Shown here piece by piece: positions 22,191 through 36,600 of a stretch of 64,000 bases of DNA. Where the stretch lies: assembly GCF_964355755.1 (NCBI RefSeq), contig NC_092673.1, positions 4,898,001 through 4,962,000 on the forward strand, read 5' to 3'. The translations under genes and the position numbers were made by a program. The number at the start of each line of letters is the position of its first letter. Position 1 is the stretch's first letter. The notes under the pieces are model-generated. The model ran no database searches, was not told where the DNA came from, and saw only the letters and a list, made by a program, of their open reading frames with translations. This DNA comes from Antedon mediterranea (lineage: Eukaryota > Animalia > Echinodermata).

Positions 22191-22992
22191 ATAATATATG
22201 ATAAAATGGGTTGCAACAGTCGCATGCAGAATGGTCAGTTTGATCGTATCACAATAATTAACTGAAGGAAACAGCAATATCGGATATTTATTCCTCTATG
22301 GTATTGCTGTTTACAAGCTTAAATAAACACACATCGACATCTCGCTTTTTTTTAACCAAGATTATAGGCTTACATAAACATAGAAATACCAAGGGATCGC
22401 TTTTAGAAGTCCTATTCACCAATCAATTTGGTGCTTAATTTACAGATTCCTTCCACAACCTATGGCAGGATGAAACGTCTTTAGTCAAGGTCGCGTTACC
22501 CGCTGTGAAGCAGACTGTATTAATGCAGTTATTAAACAGTGCACGACATTTGTTTATGACGCGTCAACAAGATTTAAAACTCGATGTCAACGCGTTTTAC
22601 GTCGATTCCACCTGGTTTTCGATAAATACACCTGGTTTTTTTTAACGAAATAAATAGTAATTATTACATAAAAATAAACGGTAATAGCTTTTTTGCTCGC
22701 GGCAGTACATATTAAATAGTTATTAAGCGTTTGAATACAAATTTCCTGGTCAATTATACAATCAATTAGCAAATTGAGGTAGCCAAGGCAGTTGTAGTAC
22801 TATTAATGTTGTTTAAAGTTCCTCTGTGTAATTAAGCGGAGTTGTATTATTCCGTCAACTTGACGACGGATTGGATGCAGAAGTACCTTACTAATTCTGA
22901 GGGAAGACATGTCTGCTTATTTCAATCTCACGACCTGTTTATTCCGCACGCAACTTACAATCATTACAACCAGTTGTGTTTTTCAAAATCAG

Positions 22993-23455
22993 TATGCTAG
23001 TGTTTTGAAAATATTGTAGGGCGTATACTATTTTTATTTTAAAATAAAAAAAAAAAAAATTGTCTTTATCACTGGATAGGCCTATATAATGAAATTGATT
23101 TGAGAATGTTATTTTAATATGATTTTTAATGGTTAACGTTAGCTATACGCTAGTGTTTTGAAAATATTGTAGGGCATATAGCCTACTATTTTAAAAAATA
23201 TTTAAAAAATATATAAAATTTGTGTTTATCACTGGATGTATAATGACATTTATTTGAGAATGTTATTTTAATATGATTTTAAAATGGTTAACGTTAGCTA
23301 TACGCTAGTGTGTGTTTTTAAAAATATTGTAGGGCGTATACTATTTTTATTTTAAAATTATGAAAAAATAAATAAAATTTGTCCTTATCACGGGATATAT
23401 AATGACATTTATTTGAGAATGTTATTTTAATATGATTTTAATTGTTGATGTTAGT
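22993..23455. repeat. Tandem repeat, about 150-bp unit, 3 copies
   Basis: GCTAGTGTTTTGAAAATATTGTAGGGC...TTGAGAATGTTATTTTAATATGATTTT occurs three times. Confidence 0.9.
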
Positions 23456-24439
23456 TTTTATGTCCCGAATAGCCTAAATTTCTGGATAAATTGTAAATGT
23501 AAACGCTTACAATTTATAATAAAGTTAAAAGATATTCAAAAATTCAAAGAATTCGAAAAAAAACTAGTAAGTATAATCCGCTACGTCGTTTTCCCCTATT
23601 TCTCCTTAGTCACGTAAATTTATATAAAATTTCATGACTGTCCATGTTTGTCCATGCATCATACAGCTCTCGTCTACACACTGGTCTTCGCGCAGACTAT
23701 CTGTCGACTTTCTTCTGCCTTGTGTGACATAACACTACACAATTTGCATACAAGTAATTGCAATGTCATCGCTGTTTACCCATAGTCTGTCATCACTACC
23801 CTCCCCTCAATTCTCCCCTGTCATCGATCATTATCTTAACCAATATAGGCATTCTTCTTCCAGAAATTTTGAGATCAAAGTTGGACTTTAGGGCATACAT
23901 TATATTTGATATTGTTACAGCCAGGAATAGTTTAATATGAGAGATTCTTCTTCCAAAAACTTTTTTTGCAATTATAATTTTAGGACATACATTAGGCCCA
24001 TACGATATTGATCCAGGAATAAATCTACCTTCTCAACGTTGGCCTCGCTGCCTTCGAAGGCATAATAGACATACTACCATATATGTTTTTTAAAACTTTT
24101 AACTTTTTTTATAAATAATTATTCAAAATTGATGTTTCTCATAACTGCTGCAATTATACGCTACCAGTAGCTTCTATATTCTCTAAACTGACTCGTTTCC
24201 TCCCCCTATACAGTAATTTCTTTATGAAAAGCTATAAAGTAATACCAATAGTTACACACTTATTAATACTTTATTTAGTTCAGTATCTACTACTTTGTTT
24301 GGTTTTTAATTGGACATTTACCGTACATTAATGCATTCAATTCAATGTCTTTTCGTTCTTTCTTGGTTCTTTCGTTTATTTCTAAGCTTACCCCTTTCAA
24401 TAATTCCAAGCGTAGTTATTTTGATTATTCCTAAACTTA

Positions 24440-25450
24440 GTCCTTTCATTCATTCCAAACTTGATACTTTCATTCAATCTTAGACTTGATACTTTCATTC
24501 AATCTTAGACTTGGCCTGTCACTTATTCATACCTAGCTTTCATTCCCTTTCCTTCATTCAAAGCTTGGCCCTTTCATTCAATCTTAGACTTGGCCTTTTC
24601 TTCATTCCAAGCTTGGCCCTTTCATTCAATCTTAGAATTGCCATTTCATTCCAAGCTTGGCTCTTTCATTCAATCTTAGACTTGCCCGTTCCTTCATTCC
24701 AATCTTGGCCCTTTCATTCAATCTTAGACTTGCTCTTTCATTCCAAGCTTGGCTCTTTCATTCAATCTTAGACTTGGCCTTTTCTTCATTCCAAGCTTGG
24801 CCCTTTCATTCAATCTTAGAATTGCCCTTTCATTCCGAGCTTGGCCCTTTCATTCAATCCTAGACTTGCCCGTTCCTTCATTCCAATCTTGGCCCTTTCA
24901 TTCAATCTTAGACTTGCCCTTTCCTTCATTCCAAGCTTGGCTCTTTCATTTAATCTTAGACTTGCCCTTTCCTTCATTCCAAGCTTAGCCCTTTCATTCA
25001 ATCTTAGACTTGCCCTTTCCTTCATTCCAAGCTTAGCCCTTTCATTCAATCTTAGACTTGCCCTTTCCTTCATTCCAAGCTTAGCCCTTTCATTCAATCT
25101 TAGACTTGCCCTTTCCTTCATTCCAATCTTGGCCCTTTCATTCAATCTTAGACTTGCCCTTTCCTTCATTCCAAGCTTGGCTCTTTCATTCAATCTTAGA
25201 CTTGCCCTTTCCTTCATTCCAAGCTTAGCCCTTTCATTCAATCTTAAACTTGCCCTTTCCTTCATTCCAAGCTTAGCCCTTTCATTCAATCTTAGACTTG
25301 CCCTTTCCTTCATTCCAAGCTTAGCCCTTTCATTCAATCTTAGACTTGCCCTTTCCTTCATTCCAAGCTTAGCCCTTTCATTCCAATCTTTAACTTGGCC
25401 CTTCCCTTATTTCCAAGCTTTGCTCTTTCTTATTCATAGACTTGGCCCGT
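24440..25450. repeat. Minisatellite with a higher-order unit (TTTCATTCAATCTTAGACTTGCCCTTTCCTTCATTCCAAGCTTAGCCC) built from about 22-26-bp subunits
   Basis: Tandem repeats; source of the ORFs at 24511-25536. Confidence 0.95.
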
Positions 25451-26039
25451 CTAACTCCCTAACACATTGGAATTTAGTTTATTGTGTACGAACACTTGTG
25501 CAACGAATTATCCTAGATTCGCCTAAAGTTATTTGACAAATGTACAATTTTTAACTCAAAGATATAATAACATTAAAGTCTAGTATTGTTTACAAGCCAT
25601 CACTATCGATTTACGTTTGTCAACGAATGAACTATTTATTTTCAACCTTTATAATTCCCACATAGCATATGCACGCAAAGAGCAGGAAGTACACATAAAA
25701 TCGAACATGCTATAAATCATCAAAAACTTAAAAAGTGTGAGGAAAATTGTCTGTTCTTATTTTTCAGCTAATTACAGTAATTTGATAGGAATAACTATTA
25801 AGGGATATTTAGCGTGAGCGTAGCCTGTTCGACGGATATTATGAAGCTCCTGGGAGTAGCAAAACCTCATAGAAAAGCACTCCCCCTGAGTACTACACGA
25901 AACCTAAGAAGGAAACTTCTAACGATCGCAGATTTAAACAGGTTCTGACTAACTACATGCAATTTTTGATCGAATTAAACGATGATATCTATTAGAAATG
26001 TTAAATTCTCGTTTAAATTACAACACAACATTTGAACAT

Positions 26040-26425
26040 TTTAGGAAGTTGCAAACAATATTTTTGGTTTGCTTTTTTCTCCCAATACTTCAACTCCGTT
26101 TATGGTGCAAATCTGTGGAAGGACATCACAGATGAATTAAGGTTTCTAACAAAAAGCAAATTTAAACAGAAATGAAAACATAAAACATACTATTTGTTTG
26201 TTTAGGACATTTATTTATTTCATGAGAGAATTATACTGTATATTTGAGAGAGTGTGTTTAAAAAAAAAATGTTTTATGCATATTAAATAACTATTTATAT
26301 TTCAATGTTTAGGGGCTGAACTTGATTAGTTTTAACTATTTGTTAGCCCTTCCCTCGATATAATTATTATAATGTGTATGTTACAATGTTTAATTTATAT
26401 TTATGGATAAATAAAAAAGAAAGAA
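26040..26425 (+). mobile_element. Decayed 3' end of a CR1/L2-clade LINE
   Basis: TATGGTGCAAATCTGTGGAA (a YGAxLW-type ORF2 end), 3'UTR stem GGGGCT...AGCCCT and A-rich tail. Confidence 0.4.
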
Positions 26426-26919
26426 AGTGCAAGGCCTAAAATAACATTTTCGTGTTCACACTGTTTTAACAATAGAATTATTCTTTTACGTTTCTTTGCA
26501 TTTTCATCCACCTTAAGCTAAGATGGTCCTTCAGTAAGCCTGGGTTCGAGGATCTCTCTATTTTTTGTCACTGAGATTTCAACTTCTTCTTCTTTACTTC
26601 TTTATCCTGTATAAGTTTTAAATATTTTTCTTTCATTAACATCACATTTTTTTACTCACAGAGTTCAATAATAGGCTTACTTCGCATTCCGTATAATTTC
26701 CCAGTCCGACTCCTCATTTATATTTTCCTAAATCTCCAAATATTCTGTAAATAATTTTACACTTCCCTGGTTTAATTAACTAACATTTATTTTTAAACAA
26801 TTCATGTTATAACGTGGGGCCTATTTATTCTTTTGATGTAATTCAGACTCTGTATTTATTAATCTTTTGAACCTCCTTTAACAGGTTTACTATTGATAAC
26901 ATTTTTTTTTTTAAACTTT

Positions 26920-27083
26920 AAGCTCTGTCTACACTATAAAACTTTATGTGACAAAAAAATGTGATGTGCCCGTATATGGACATGATGTCATATCACTACC
27001 ATATTTGGGTATAACATTACCATTATTATTTGGGCAATTCACACTTTTTTTTAAAAACTAGATTGATAGTGTAGACAGAGCTT
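26920..27083. mobile_element. MITE family 1 copy
   Basis: TTA-AGCTCTGTCTACACTAT...ATAGTGTAGACAGAGCT-TTA (TTA TSD). Confidence 0.8.
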
Positions 27084-27469
27084 TATAGGCTATACCACCC
27101 TATAAATTAAGAATTATCTTGTTTCGAATGATGTCATCATCATCCTCGAAATGTGTTAATTAAATGATTTAAAGAGTTACAATTCAGGATGTAGAATAAA
27201 TTATTCGCGTGTTTACTTTGAATTACCCGACTAATATCATTAGGCGCTTCGTATATTCCCATTATCCATAAAGGAAACGAGTTTCTATTTCCAGAAAATA
27301 AGATTTGTTGGTTTTTTTTTTTAAATCATGATTTATATACCTATTTTAAAATGTTTTGAGATTCGTTTTCAATTCGTTATGTATAAGACCTCTTAAATCT
27401 TCTTCTTTTAAAATAAGGTCAGATAATTTTAAACACACCTTTTGTTGTTGAGAAGTCTTCAAAGTGTTA

Positions 27470-27619
27470 AGCGTGGTTCCCACTAGCGACGCAACACAAG
27501 GACGTAACGCAACGCAAGTGAATTGACCAATCACAAGCGATGGCTTATTCGCTTGTCATTGGTTAAAACGCTTGCGTTGCGTTTACGTCCTTGCGTTACG
27601 TTCTAGTGGGAACCAAGCT
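27470..27619. mobile_element. MITE family 2 (AGC.TGGTTCCCACTAG TIR; PIF/Harbinger-like)
   Basis: Long imperfect TIRs, TTA target duplication. Confidence 0.85.
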
Positions 27620-27887
27620 TTATGCTTAAACAGTATTACATTTTTATTCAAGTATGGTGAGGGTTTCTTATAGTCATTGCATTCTGGCTTATCTAGCTTG
27701 TATCCGCTTTTCTTCATCGTCCATTCTTTCAAATATTTTGGATACTTCTCCGGCCCATTCACTTTATCTCTCATATGTTTTATTGTTTACTGTTACGGTA
27801 TTTTATGGTAACAAAATACGGGGTCTTTTCAATCTCCATTTTCCTTCTAACTCTCTATATCTGCCTTCATTGGCTTATCCATCATCT

Positions 27888-28000
27888 ACTGTTGACACTA
27901 TCAAACTTGATGTGATGTGCCCATATATAGACATGATAACGTCATATCACTACCATATTTGAGCACATCACACTAGTTTGATAGTGTAGACAGGGCTTTA
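27888..28000. mobile_element. MITE family 1 copy (internally deleted)
   Basis: ACACTATCAAACTT...ACTAGTTTGATAGTGTAGACAGGGCTTTA. Confidence 0.7.
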
Positions 28001-30631
28001 TAACTTAATTCTGTGTTTGTGTTTGCTTTGATAATGTCTTCTTAGTACAGTACATGTGCTGTGTTTTATTAAAAGGTTTCGCGACAGGAAGTGTTATTTA
28101 ACCTGGCTTAGCCCCAGGTACGGTTCTCTAGTATCTAGTTATCTAAGTATTCGGCATCATTAGGGCCCCATGTGTCAAAAACGAATTATGCACTTCATCC
28201 TACACCCATGGTGTTAGGCTAATCAAAAGAAGCGAATTACGTGCCAGCCAAACCATCATGTCTTTATTATGTTTTTCAAAAAACTTTCTCTCTCGGGAGA
28301 GGAGGGTAAATCCAAGAGGCATGCGACCACCCGTGCTTCGTTCGTAATATTTAAAAACAAGCTTATTATATAGATTAAGTTGAGTATAAATATTTTTTAT
28401 AGTGCGAATTAAGACTTAACTTTTCATATCTATTGGTAGTAGGATAGGATATAGGATATATCAACCTATTGGCTGTTAATCGTCGCTTCATTGTCGACTA
28501 TTTTTCCGATAATATTGCTTTTGTAAATCTTAATTTATCAACCAATTATCGACATGAGTAAATCGACCATTTTCCCGATAATATAAATCTATAATTTATG
28601 TCGTATCAACGGTTGATTAATCATCATTTTAATAATATTTCGGTCATTTTAAAATAATTATTGATTTCTATTCCTAGGCTTGTAGAAAGATTTAATACAT
28701 TCACCTTTCGGCAATAATTCAATGAACCCATAGTTTCAAATCGTTTTAATGTAGACTGAAATGTCCAAGTTAAATATTAAGTTTTTCGTTGATACCAGAG
28801 AGATAAGATTTTTTAATTGAATTATTTCCTATTGTCTAAACGAAATTGAACCATGATTTATTATTTAATAGTTTGTCAATGAAAGGATTTCCTTTAAACT
28901 GTTATATAATAAATATAACAAAACCTGTAATTGTTTATAGCGTTGGGTCTCGACATTAACTTTAGTACTATTATTAATAAGCTTGAAATTCCGCATCTGA
29001 ACGTGTATTTGAGCTGATTTATCGTTTTGTCCTTGGTCAACGGCGTAAAATTCACATCTTAAACATTCAAAACATGTAAACATCTCTGAAATAATTAACA
29101 TTTAAGAGTTTTACCCAAACAACAAATTATTTCTAATCTGTTTTACAAGTTTTTAGGATATGATGATTTATTGCAGTGGGCTTATCATATTGGTACCACC
29201 AGTTAGTGTAAAGGTCAAATCGTGACCTATTTCAGCTTGTTTATTATAGAACCCATAAAAAAGTTAAGGATATATTGTCCCCCTGAAAAAATAATTCTTA
29301 ACAAAACTTTTGTTGAATATGCCATTTTAATGTCACATAATAGTTATCCACTTTGAATAAAATTGGATCGAAAAAGAAAAATTATTTACCGGTACCTAAA
29401 AAACTGTAATTTCAAGCATAAAAGTCCAATTAGCTGCCAGCCACATCTAATGATAACATTGCACTACGGTAGAAAATTGTTAACATCGTCCAATATTACT
29501 ATACAGATAAATTATGCTGACAGAAATGTCGCCATCTTTTGTTGGTTTCATACTCTACAATACAAAGTTAATTTACCTTTCTGAAAGGTTGCATTTTGTT
29601 TGATATCAGAAGTTAACTGAAGTTAATTTCATATAAATATTAGTAACTCCTAATTAGAGAGATCGAATTTTGAGAATTCGACGTTTGAGCATTTTCAAGA
29701 ATCAAAAAGATCGAAACGTCAAATTCTCAAAATTCGTTCTGTCTCTTTGTTTGTAGTTACAGTACTTTTCCAATATTTGTTAATTTGGTATCGTTTCTTT
29801 CAATATAAACAATTGGTACTAATTTCCATCATGTTAAATATCTTTGATGTTTCGACACAGCTTCCATTGAGTGCTATTGATGTAAAGTCTTAAATACTTA
29901 ATAATTAACTTAATAATTCATTCAATAGTTAGGCTATTTAGAAACAGCATTATTAGAAAAAGCATACATCTACAATAACGTAAATGGTACGAATAAATAA
30001 GAATTGTTTCAAGGATCGGAAAAGAAGTAAAAGAACTTGTCTAATACCAAACAGAAAAAAAAATACAAAGAAGCAACTGCATGACAAATAATTAGCTAAT
30101 GTTAAATCTATAAATTATAATCCTACAAAAATTAATAAATGTTTCACCGGTGAATGTTTTATATATTTCATTTAACAAATAAAAAACTAGGCCTACGGCA
30201 GATTTTGATTGCATTTGGAAATATGTTTTTTTTACCTGATGACGATATATAACATAACATGTTGGTAATGACGTAACAACTTACTAAACCCTAGCAACAC
30301 CACGGACAGACAAAGCATTCCCTGAAGTTTTTTTTTGTGTGTATTGTCGAATGTAATCACAACAAACCAATAGCTATTAATCTTTGTTAGTTAACTAACG
30401 CTATCCGGTGAACTGGTTCACAAAGTATCCCGTGTAAATTTACTATTAGTAATTCCTGGCCATAAATATCATAAATAATAAACAAAACTGATAATAACTA
30501 GTGATTCAAAAATATACTCGTAGACCTATAGTTTAAGTATCTGTGTTCCCGTTATATCGCAATAGGAAACGTTTGTATATTATTGAAGATGATATCGTAT
30601 TTGCTAAACCAATAAATAGAGTAATATCGTG

Positions 30632-30634
<3 letters not shown>

Positions 30635-30674
<40 letters not shown>
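30635..30674. repeat. (TA)n microsatellite
   Basis: About 20 TA units. Confidence 0.95.
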
Positions 30675-30678
<4 letters not shown>

Positions 30679-32356
30679 CATACTGTATATACCTAGATGA
30701 ACTGTAACACATAATTGAGTAGCCTGCAGATTGCAATATGTGGTTTATGTTAGTTATGAGGCGCTTAAATGAAACCCTATTAACTACCTGATTTAAATGT
30801 GAAAAAATTCCTGAAGTAGTCAAAATGGAAGTGCTAATTTATTTAATAAAATCATCAAATAATATATGCCTATGTCATAAATAAATATATAGATGAATGT
30901 AATTTCTTTGTTTGGTTAATCTTCTTCATTTACAGAATTGTGACTAAACGTAGGCCTATACGTAGGTCTATTTTTCTGGTTTAGTCACATGATATTGCGA
31001 CGCCGCATGATCTTATAGTTTTGGGTTTATTTTCAAAAAGTACCACCAAATCGGATGTCCATTAACAATCAACAGGATAATTATAAAACCCTTTATTTAC
31101 AAAATGAACCAGGGTTTAATGAACGCATTTCCTTGTTGCCTCTGCATATCAATTGCCAATTCAAACTGTCCGTGAAACAATTGAGTGTTTAAATAGCATA
31201 ATTATATAGGAATTACGGTACCGATCAAAGACCACCGTACATATACAGACTTTTTTCGTAATATAACTGTAATTAAACAAACGATTTTGAAACATCTTGA
31301 AAATACAGATAAGATATTGTTAAGACGATATTACACGTGCGTGCAACTGCTGATAAAAATAGTATTTTTTGTTCGCGTGCGTTAGTCATCATATTAAAGT
31401 TGTTGCTATTTCATGGAGGAAATTATGGTAAAATATAATCGTTACTGTTTCTCCGCATATGGCATTCTATCCAGAATCATAGGAAAAGTTATGAATACAG
31501 TATCACATGTGGCGTCCGTGGTTAATGTTAACCATGGCCTATGATACAGGCGTTACATGTTATATATATGTGACACTGTATCACAGATTTTGCCTATGAT
31601 ACTGTACAAAATTATAGATATAATACAGAGAATCGGCTAACATCTGCAAATCATTTGAAATGAAACACAAAATATTTATAATATTTCAACACATCCACCC
31701 AGGCCTTCTAAAACAATCATCTTTAGTTTGTAGTTGAACCGTTTTGCACCGTAACTTCCCTTACTGGATCAAAGGGCTATAATTCAAATATCATTTTCCT
31801 AGCATGGGTTTTATATCGGCACTTTGGCCTATACTTATGGATTAGGTATACCAAAGATGTCCGAATATAACAATTATGATAAGATGGAAAGCCGCGTTTA
31901 AGTTCATCTCTAAAGAATATGAGAATGTATACCGTGAATACCTGATTTAATCCACGTTGTTTGCTCTAAGAAAACATAGAAAATTACTTTATAAAGTAAT
32001 TGTATTGATTTGTTATTGCGAAAAGGTTTACTATTAATATATATCCTGCGTTCAAAACATTTCGTTCTTTTCATGGAGGCCTAACTTGATGCGTTACCGG
32101 AAATCGGATGGTGAGTGTTTTTGTTTAAAATTAGCTGATGGTGTGTTTTATATTGTCTTTAGGATTTCTTAGAATGTTAAATAATGTTATAAACCTCAGC
32201 CACATCTAGTCACCGTGGTGTGATTTGTTTAAATTCGTATTCATTTTGTCTGTGCAGAATAAATATCCTAAATACCCAAATTAATCGACTGATTTTAGTA
32301 ATTTTCGCCTAACAATTTAACGAAGTAGCCGCCTCCATAAACTGTTTTTTAACCGT

Positions 32357-32505
32357 AAAGCTCTGTACACTGAACAAAATTCGATGTGACCATTTATATT
32401 GACACGACGATGTCATGTCACTACCATATTTAGGAATATCACTAAACCATATTTGGCCACATCACACTTTTTTTCAAACTAGTTTGATAGTGTAGACAGA
32501 GCTTT
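32357..32505. mobile_element. MITE family 1 copy
   Basis: AAAGCTCTGTACAC...GTGTAGACAGAGCTTT. Confidence 0.75.
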
Positions 32506-32769
32506 AACGACTGTGTAACATGAGAAGAGTTCTTCGCATTTGCCTAGTAATAAATAACAAAAAACACTGCAGAATGAGTAATATGGATAGAATCATAATA
32601 TGATATGATCTCCGTCTTAAATTTAAATATATGAAGTCAAGGTCAGATTAGTTGACTACTGTATTTGTTAGGTTACATCTTGTAGAATTACTTTAAATTA
32701 CCACAAACATGAATTTTATTAGAACTTAATGTAATCCAGCGTGAAACTTGTCAAAAATGTAGTATACCT

Positions 32770-33612
32770 GAGAATATTCATTCCTGTATGAATATTCATA
32801 TTCATGAGTATAAATATAAATATTCATAAGTATCAATATGAATATTCATTCCTGTATAAATATGAATATTCATTCCTGTATAAATATTCATATTCATGAG
32901 TATAAATATTCATATTGATATGTATAAATATTCATATTCATAAGTATAATATTCATATTCATATGTATAAATATTCATATTCATATGTATAAATATTCAT
33001 ATTCATATGTATAAATATTCATATGTATATGTATAAATATTCATAAGTATAAATATTCATATCCGTATGTCTAAATATTCATATTCATATGTATAAATAT
33101 TAATATTGATAAGTATAAATATTCATATTCTTATGGTTAAATATTCATATTCATAAGTATAAATATTCATATTCATAAGTATAAATATTCATATTTATAT
33201 ATGTATAAATATTCATATTCATATATGTATAAATTTTCATATTCATATATGTATAAATATTCATAAGTATAAATATTCATAAGTATAAATATTCATATTC
33301 ATGAGTATAAATATTTATATTCATATATGTATAAATATTCATATTCATATATGTATAAATATTCATATTGATATGTATAAATATTCATATTCATATGGTT
33401 AAATATTCATATTCATAAGTATAAATATTCATATTCATATATGTATAAATATTCATATTCATATATGTATAAATATTCATATTCATATATGTATAAATAT
33501 TCATATTCATATATGTATAAATATTCATATTCATATATGTATAAATATTCATAAGTATAAATATTCATAAGTATAAATATTCATAATCATGAGTATAAAT
33601 ATTTATATTCAT
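32770..33612. repeat. AT-rich minisatellite, unit about GTATAAATATTCATATTCATAT (16-24-bp variants)
   Basis: Tandem repeats. Confidence 0.95.
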
Positions 33613-36600
33613 CTTAAGTAGATCAATGTTTATAAGTAGACTACAACCATTGTAAAACCATGGTATGCCATTATAAAAAGTATGAATATTCATTTTGTTA
33701 TTATGTGAATATATATATATATATAAGTACGAGGGATCTTTTTCTCATTCTCACAGATTTCCTCATTTTTATCGTTTCAAATTAATTAATTCAATTTCAG
33801 TATATCATCGTGGTGGTTTATGATTCATGTTCTGTGTCTGTTGTGCTTATATAAGTACAACTACATTTGTTAATCACCAATGTCAATTGGGAAACTATAG
33901 ATTTCGATAATCGATATAAGCATATAATCAATATAGGCATATCTATCTATATATGTATCTATTTTGTAAAGATATCAATATTCATAAAGTTTAATAGACC
34001 TAGATTTAAACTAATCGATTGTTTACCAACACTGACTGCTGGACATCACCGGAACTACAGTCCTATTATTTGTAGACAAATGAAGGTTTCTTTCGTTTAA
34101 TACTTCTTGGAATGCTCGGGATTTCGAAGAAATATTTATTAATATAACCATAGCACAATGATGCGTCTAATTACAACAAAATAAACAAATATTCATAGAA
34201 TTGCCGCGCCTACCAAGGTACGTCATGGAGTATTTTCAAATTAAATTTAATCTTTGTTAAACGAATAATATTATATATACTAATCTTTAATTTATAGCCT
34301 TTATTTATCTAATTTATTTTTTTCAAGTAGACTCCAACCATTAACAATTAAATTGTTTAAATAATGTTAGGTACTTATATTAAGTCTTTGCGTCGCATCG
34401 AGAGCCTGGTCTATAGGCCTAATGATCTTAAATGAAAATACATACATTGTTTTAAAAATTTACCGCGAAAATAGGCAATAAAATTCTTCATTTTTATAGT
34501 ATATACAGTAGGTCTACATTAATATTGATATTATGATTAATTAAGGAAAGACATTTGGTCTAAACTCGTGTCAATAAACGTTGGGAATGCGAATGAGAAA
34601 TGGATTTAAAAATATCCAAATAAATAAATACGTTTGAAGACCTTCGCCGAATTCCGGTAAAGGAAAGAAAAATACAATAACAAAAACAAAAAACGTGATA
34701 TATAATATAATTCGTCATAGAGTTATATGCGAGAAACGATTAAAAATATCCTGAAATAGAAGGCTGGCCATGGCATGTAGGTGTTAAAGTTATATAATTA
34801 TTAATCAATTGCACAATCGTTTGTCACTTTCAATAATTTTTCCAACTCCGGAAAAAATTAAGTTATTGATTATTAACAAGTAGGCATATAGGCACAAAAC
34901 AACCTTTTCAAACAACTATTAATAGCTATTTTATGCTATAAGGATAATTCTACTGGAGCCATTGGGAACAATATCGTATTGTTAATATACACTATGACCG
35001 GAATTGTTTTATCCAAATAGTATTAGTATCGTGAAGCCAAGGTTTTACTTAGCTGTTAACTGTTGTCGTTTTGATTAAAGTAATGACTATGTTGATTTCT
35101 GTTTCTGTTTTTCATATTTCAATTCGGGAAATTAGGAAATGTTGAGGTCTTAAGTTTCCTGTCGCTAGCACGCGAACTTTAACGCCTCACCTTGATAATG
35201 CATCGATTCACACACTCTATAAATCTAGGCCTAGCCGTTAAGATTTTTCTTATATTTTTGCATTTGTAATTTGCAAAATGTAGGAGGGTATTTCCAGGGT
35301 CGATTTTTGTGAGAATGAATCGTAATTTGTACCAATGCATACAGGAAAAATCAAACATGAGGTTGTTTTTAATTGTATAATATAATCAACCAAGAAAAAA
35401 ACTCAAAAAAGTTTGCGCGGAGCCATTCTAACTCATACAATAAGCGGATAGTTTTGTTTACAAAAATAATAATAGCCATAAATAAATAGGTCATTTCCCA
35501 AACTATTATTTAAACAAACAAACGTTTCAAGTTGTCCAAATGTACTAACGAAGAAGTCCGTCTACAACATGGTGCTTTTAGAATACTTAGAATACGGTAT
35601 GTCCAATGTTCTTGCTTGTTATGGTACATATCTACTTATTACAAAATGGATATAATACTACAATATAATACTATTTTGTTTAATAATATTGTTAGTTCTA
35701 AACGTGGTTGTAAAATTATAAAATAAATAATTTATTGAAGGCCTAAAAATAAAAGAAAACACTGTGATGTTTAATCTCGATAGTATCTGAATAGTTTCGT
35801 TGCATGTTATTCTTGAACTTTAGTTTACATTATTAGAGACATTACCTTAATATTGCGATAGAAGTGCTCATAAAAACAAGTATTGTAATCCAATATTTTC
35901 TATGAGAATTATTAATAAGGCCCAAACAGTCTACTAATAAGAATTTATTCGCCGATGATTGAACACGAACAAGCCACACAACAACGGTGCCTGGGCCAAA
36001 ATTAATACCACATTTAATACAACAAGTGCCTAATACATTTAGGTGTACACTCAATTCAGGAAAAGATTCGTTGTGACAAACAGCCGTGGAGATGCGTTTC
36101 AAAATATACAATAACTTACCAAACTCATCCGGTGTTTAATTGGTGATCTAATGAACTTTTATTAATAATTCTGAATGACTCTATTCTATATTTATTACTG
36201 TCATTGAGACATGTGACAAAAAGAATTGAACCTCGACTGAATAGTTTTAAAACAGCATAAAGTTTAGAGTGGAGATGTGGCTTGGTGGTTGAGGACAAAA
36301 TTAAAATTCCACTCCCAAAGACTTGAAATAAGACGTTTGTCTTGTGAACCTCTGAGGGTCCCTAATGATCAGCAATTGCTGGATGGATCACCCTCATTAA
36401 ATATATGGTTTTTTAAAAAAAGAAAAAAAAAGTCGTATAGAAAAATTGTTAGCCTGGTTTCAGTTCTAACTGTAATTTTTGTTGGGTAGTACAGGTTTAT
36501 ACATTTTAAGCGAATTTAGCTCATGATGTGGTTTCTAAACATCCCAATTTGACAATGACAATGACAACTTCTTTTATTTTCGATGACAATTTCAATATGA

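Noticed and set aside
19286-22277. Long repetitive ORFs (up to 416 aa; YVQYTAI / CTVHSHL repeats)
   Set aside because: They arise from 21-bp tandem repeats that are open in several frames on both strands; there is no independent coding evidence
19358-25450. CRISPR-like appearance of the repeat arrays
   Set aside because: No unique spacers, no cas genes, and the context is eukaryotic
24511-25536. 231-aa and 181-aa repetitive ORFs
   Set aside because: Translation of a minisatellite on both strands
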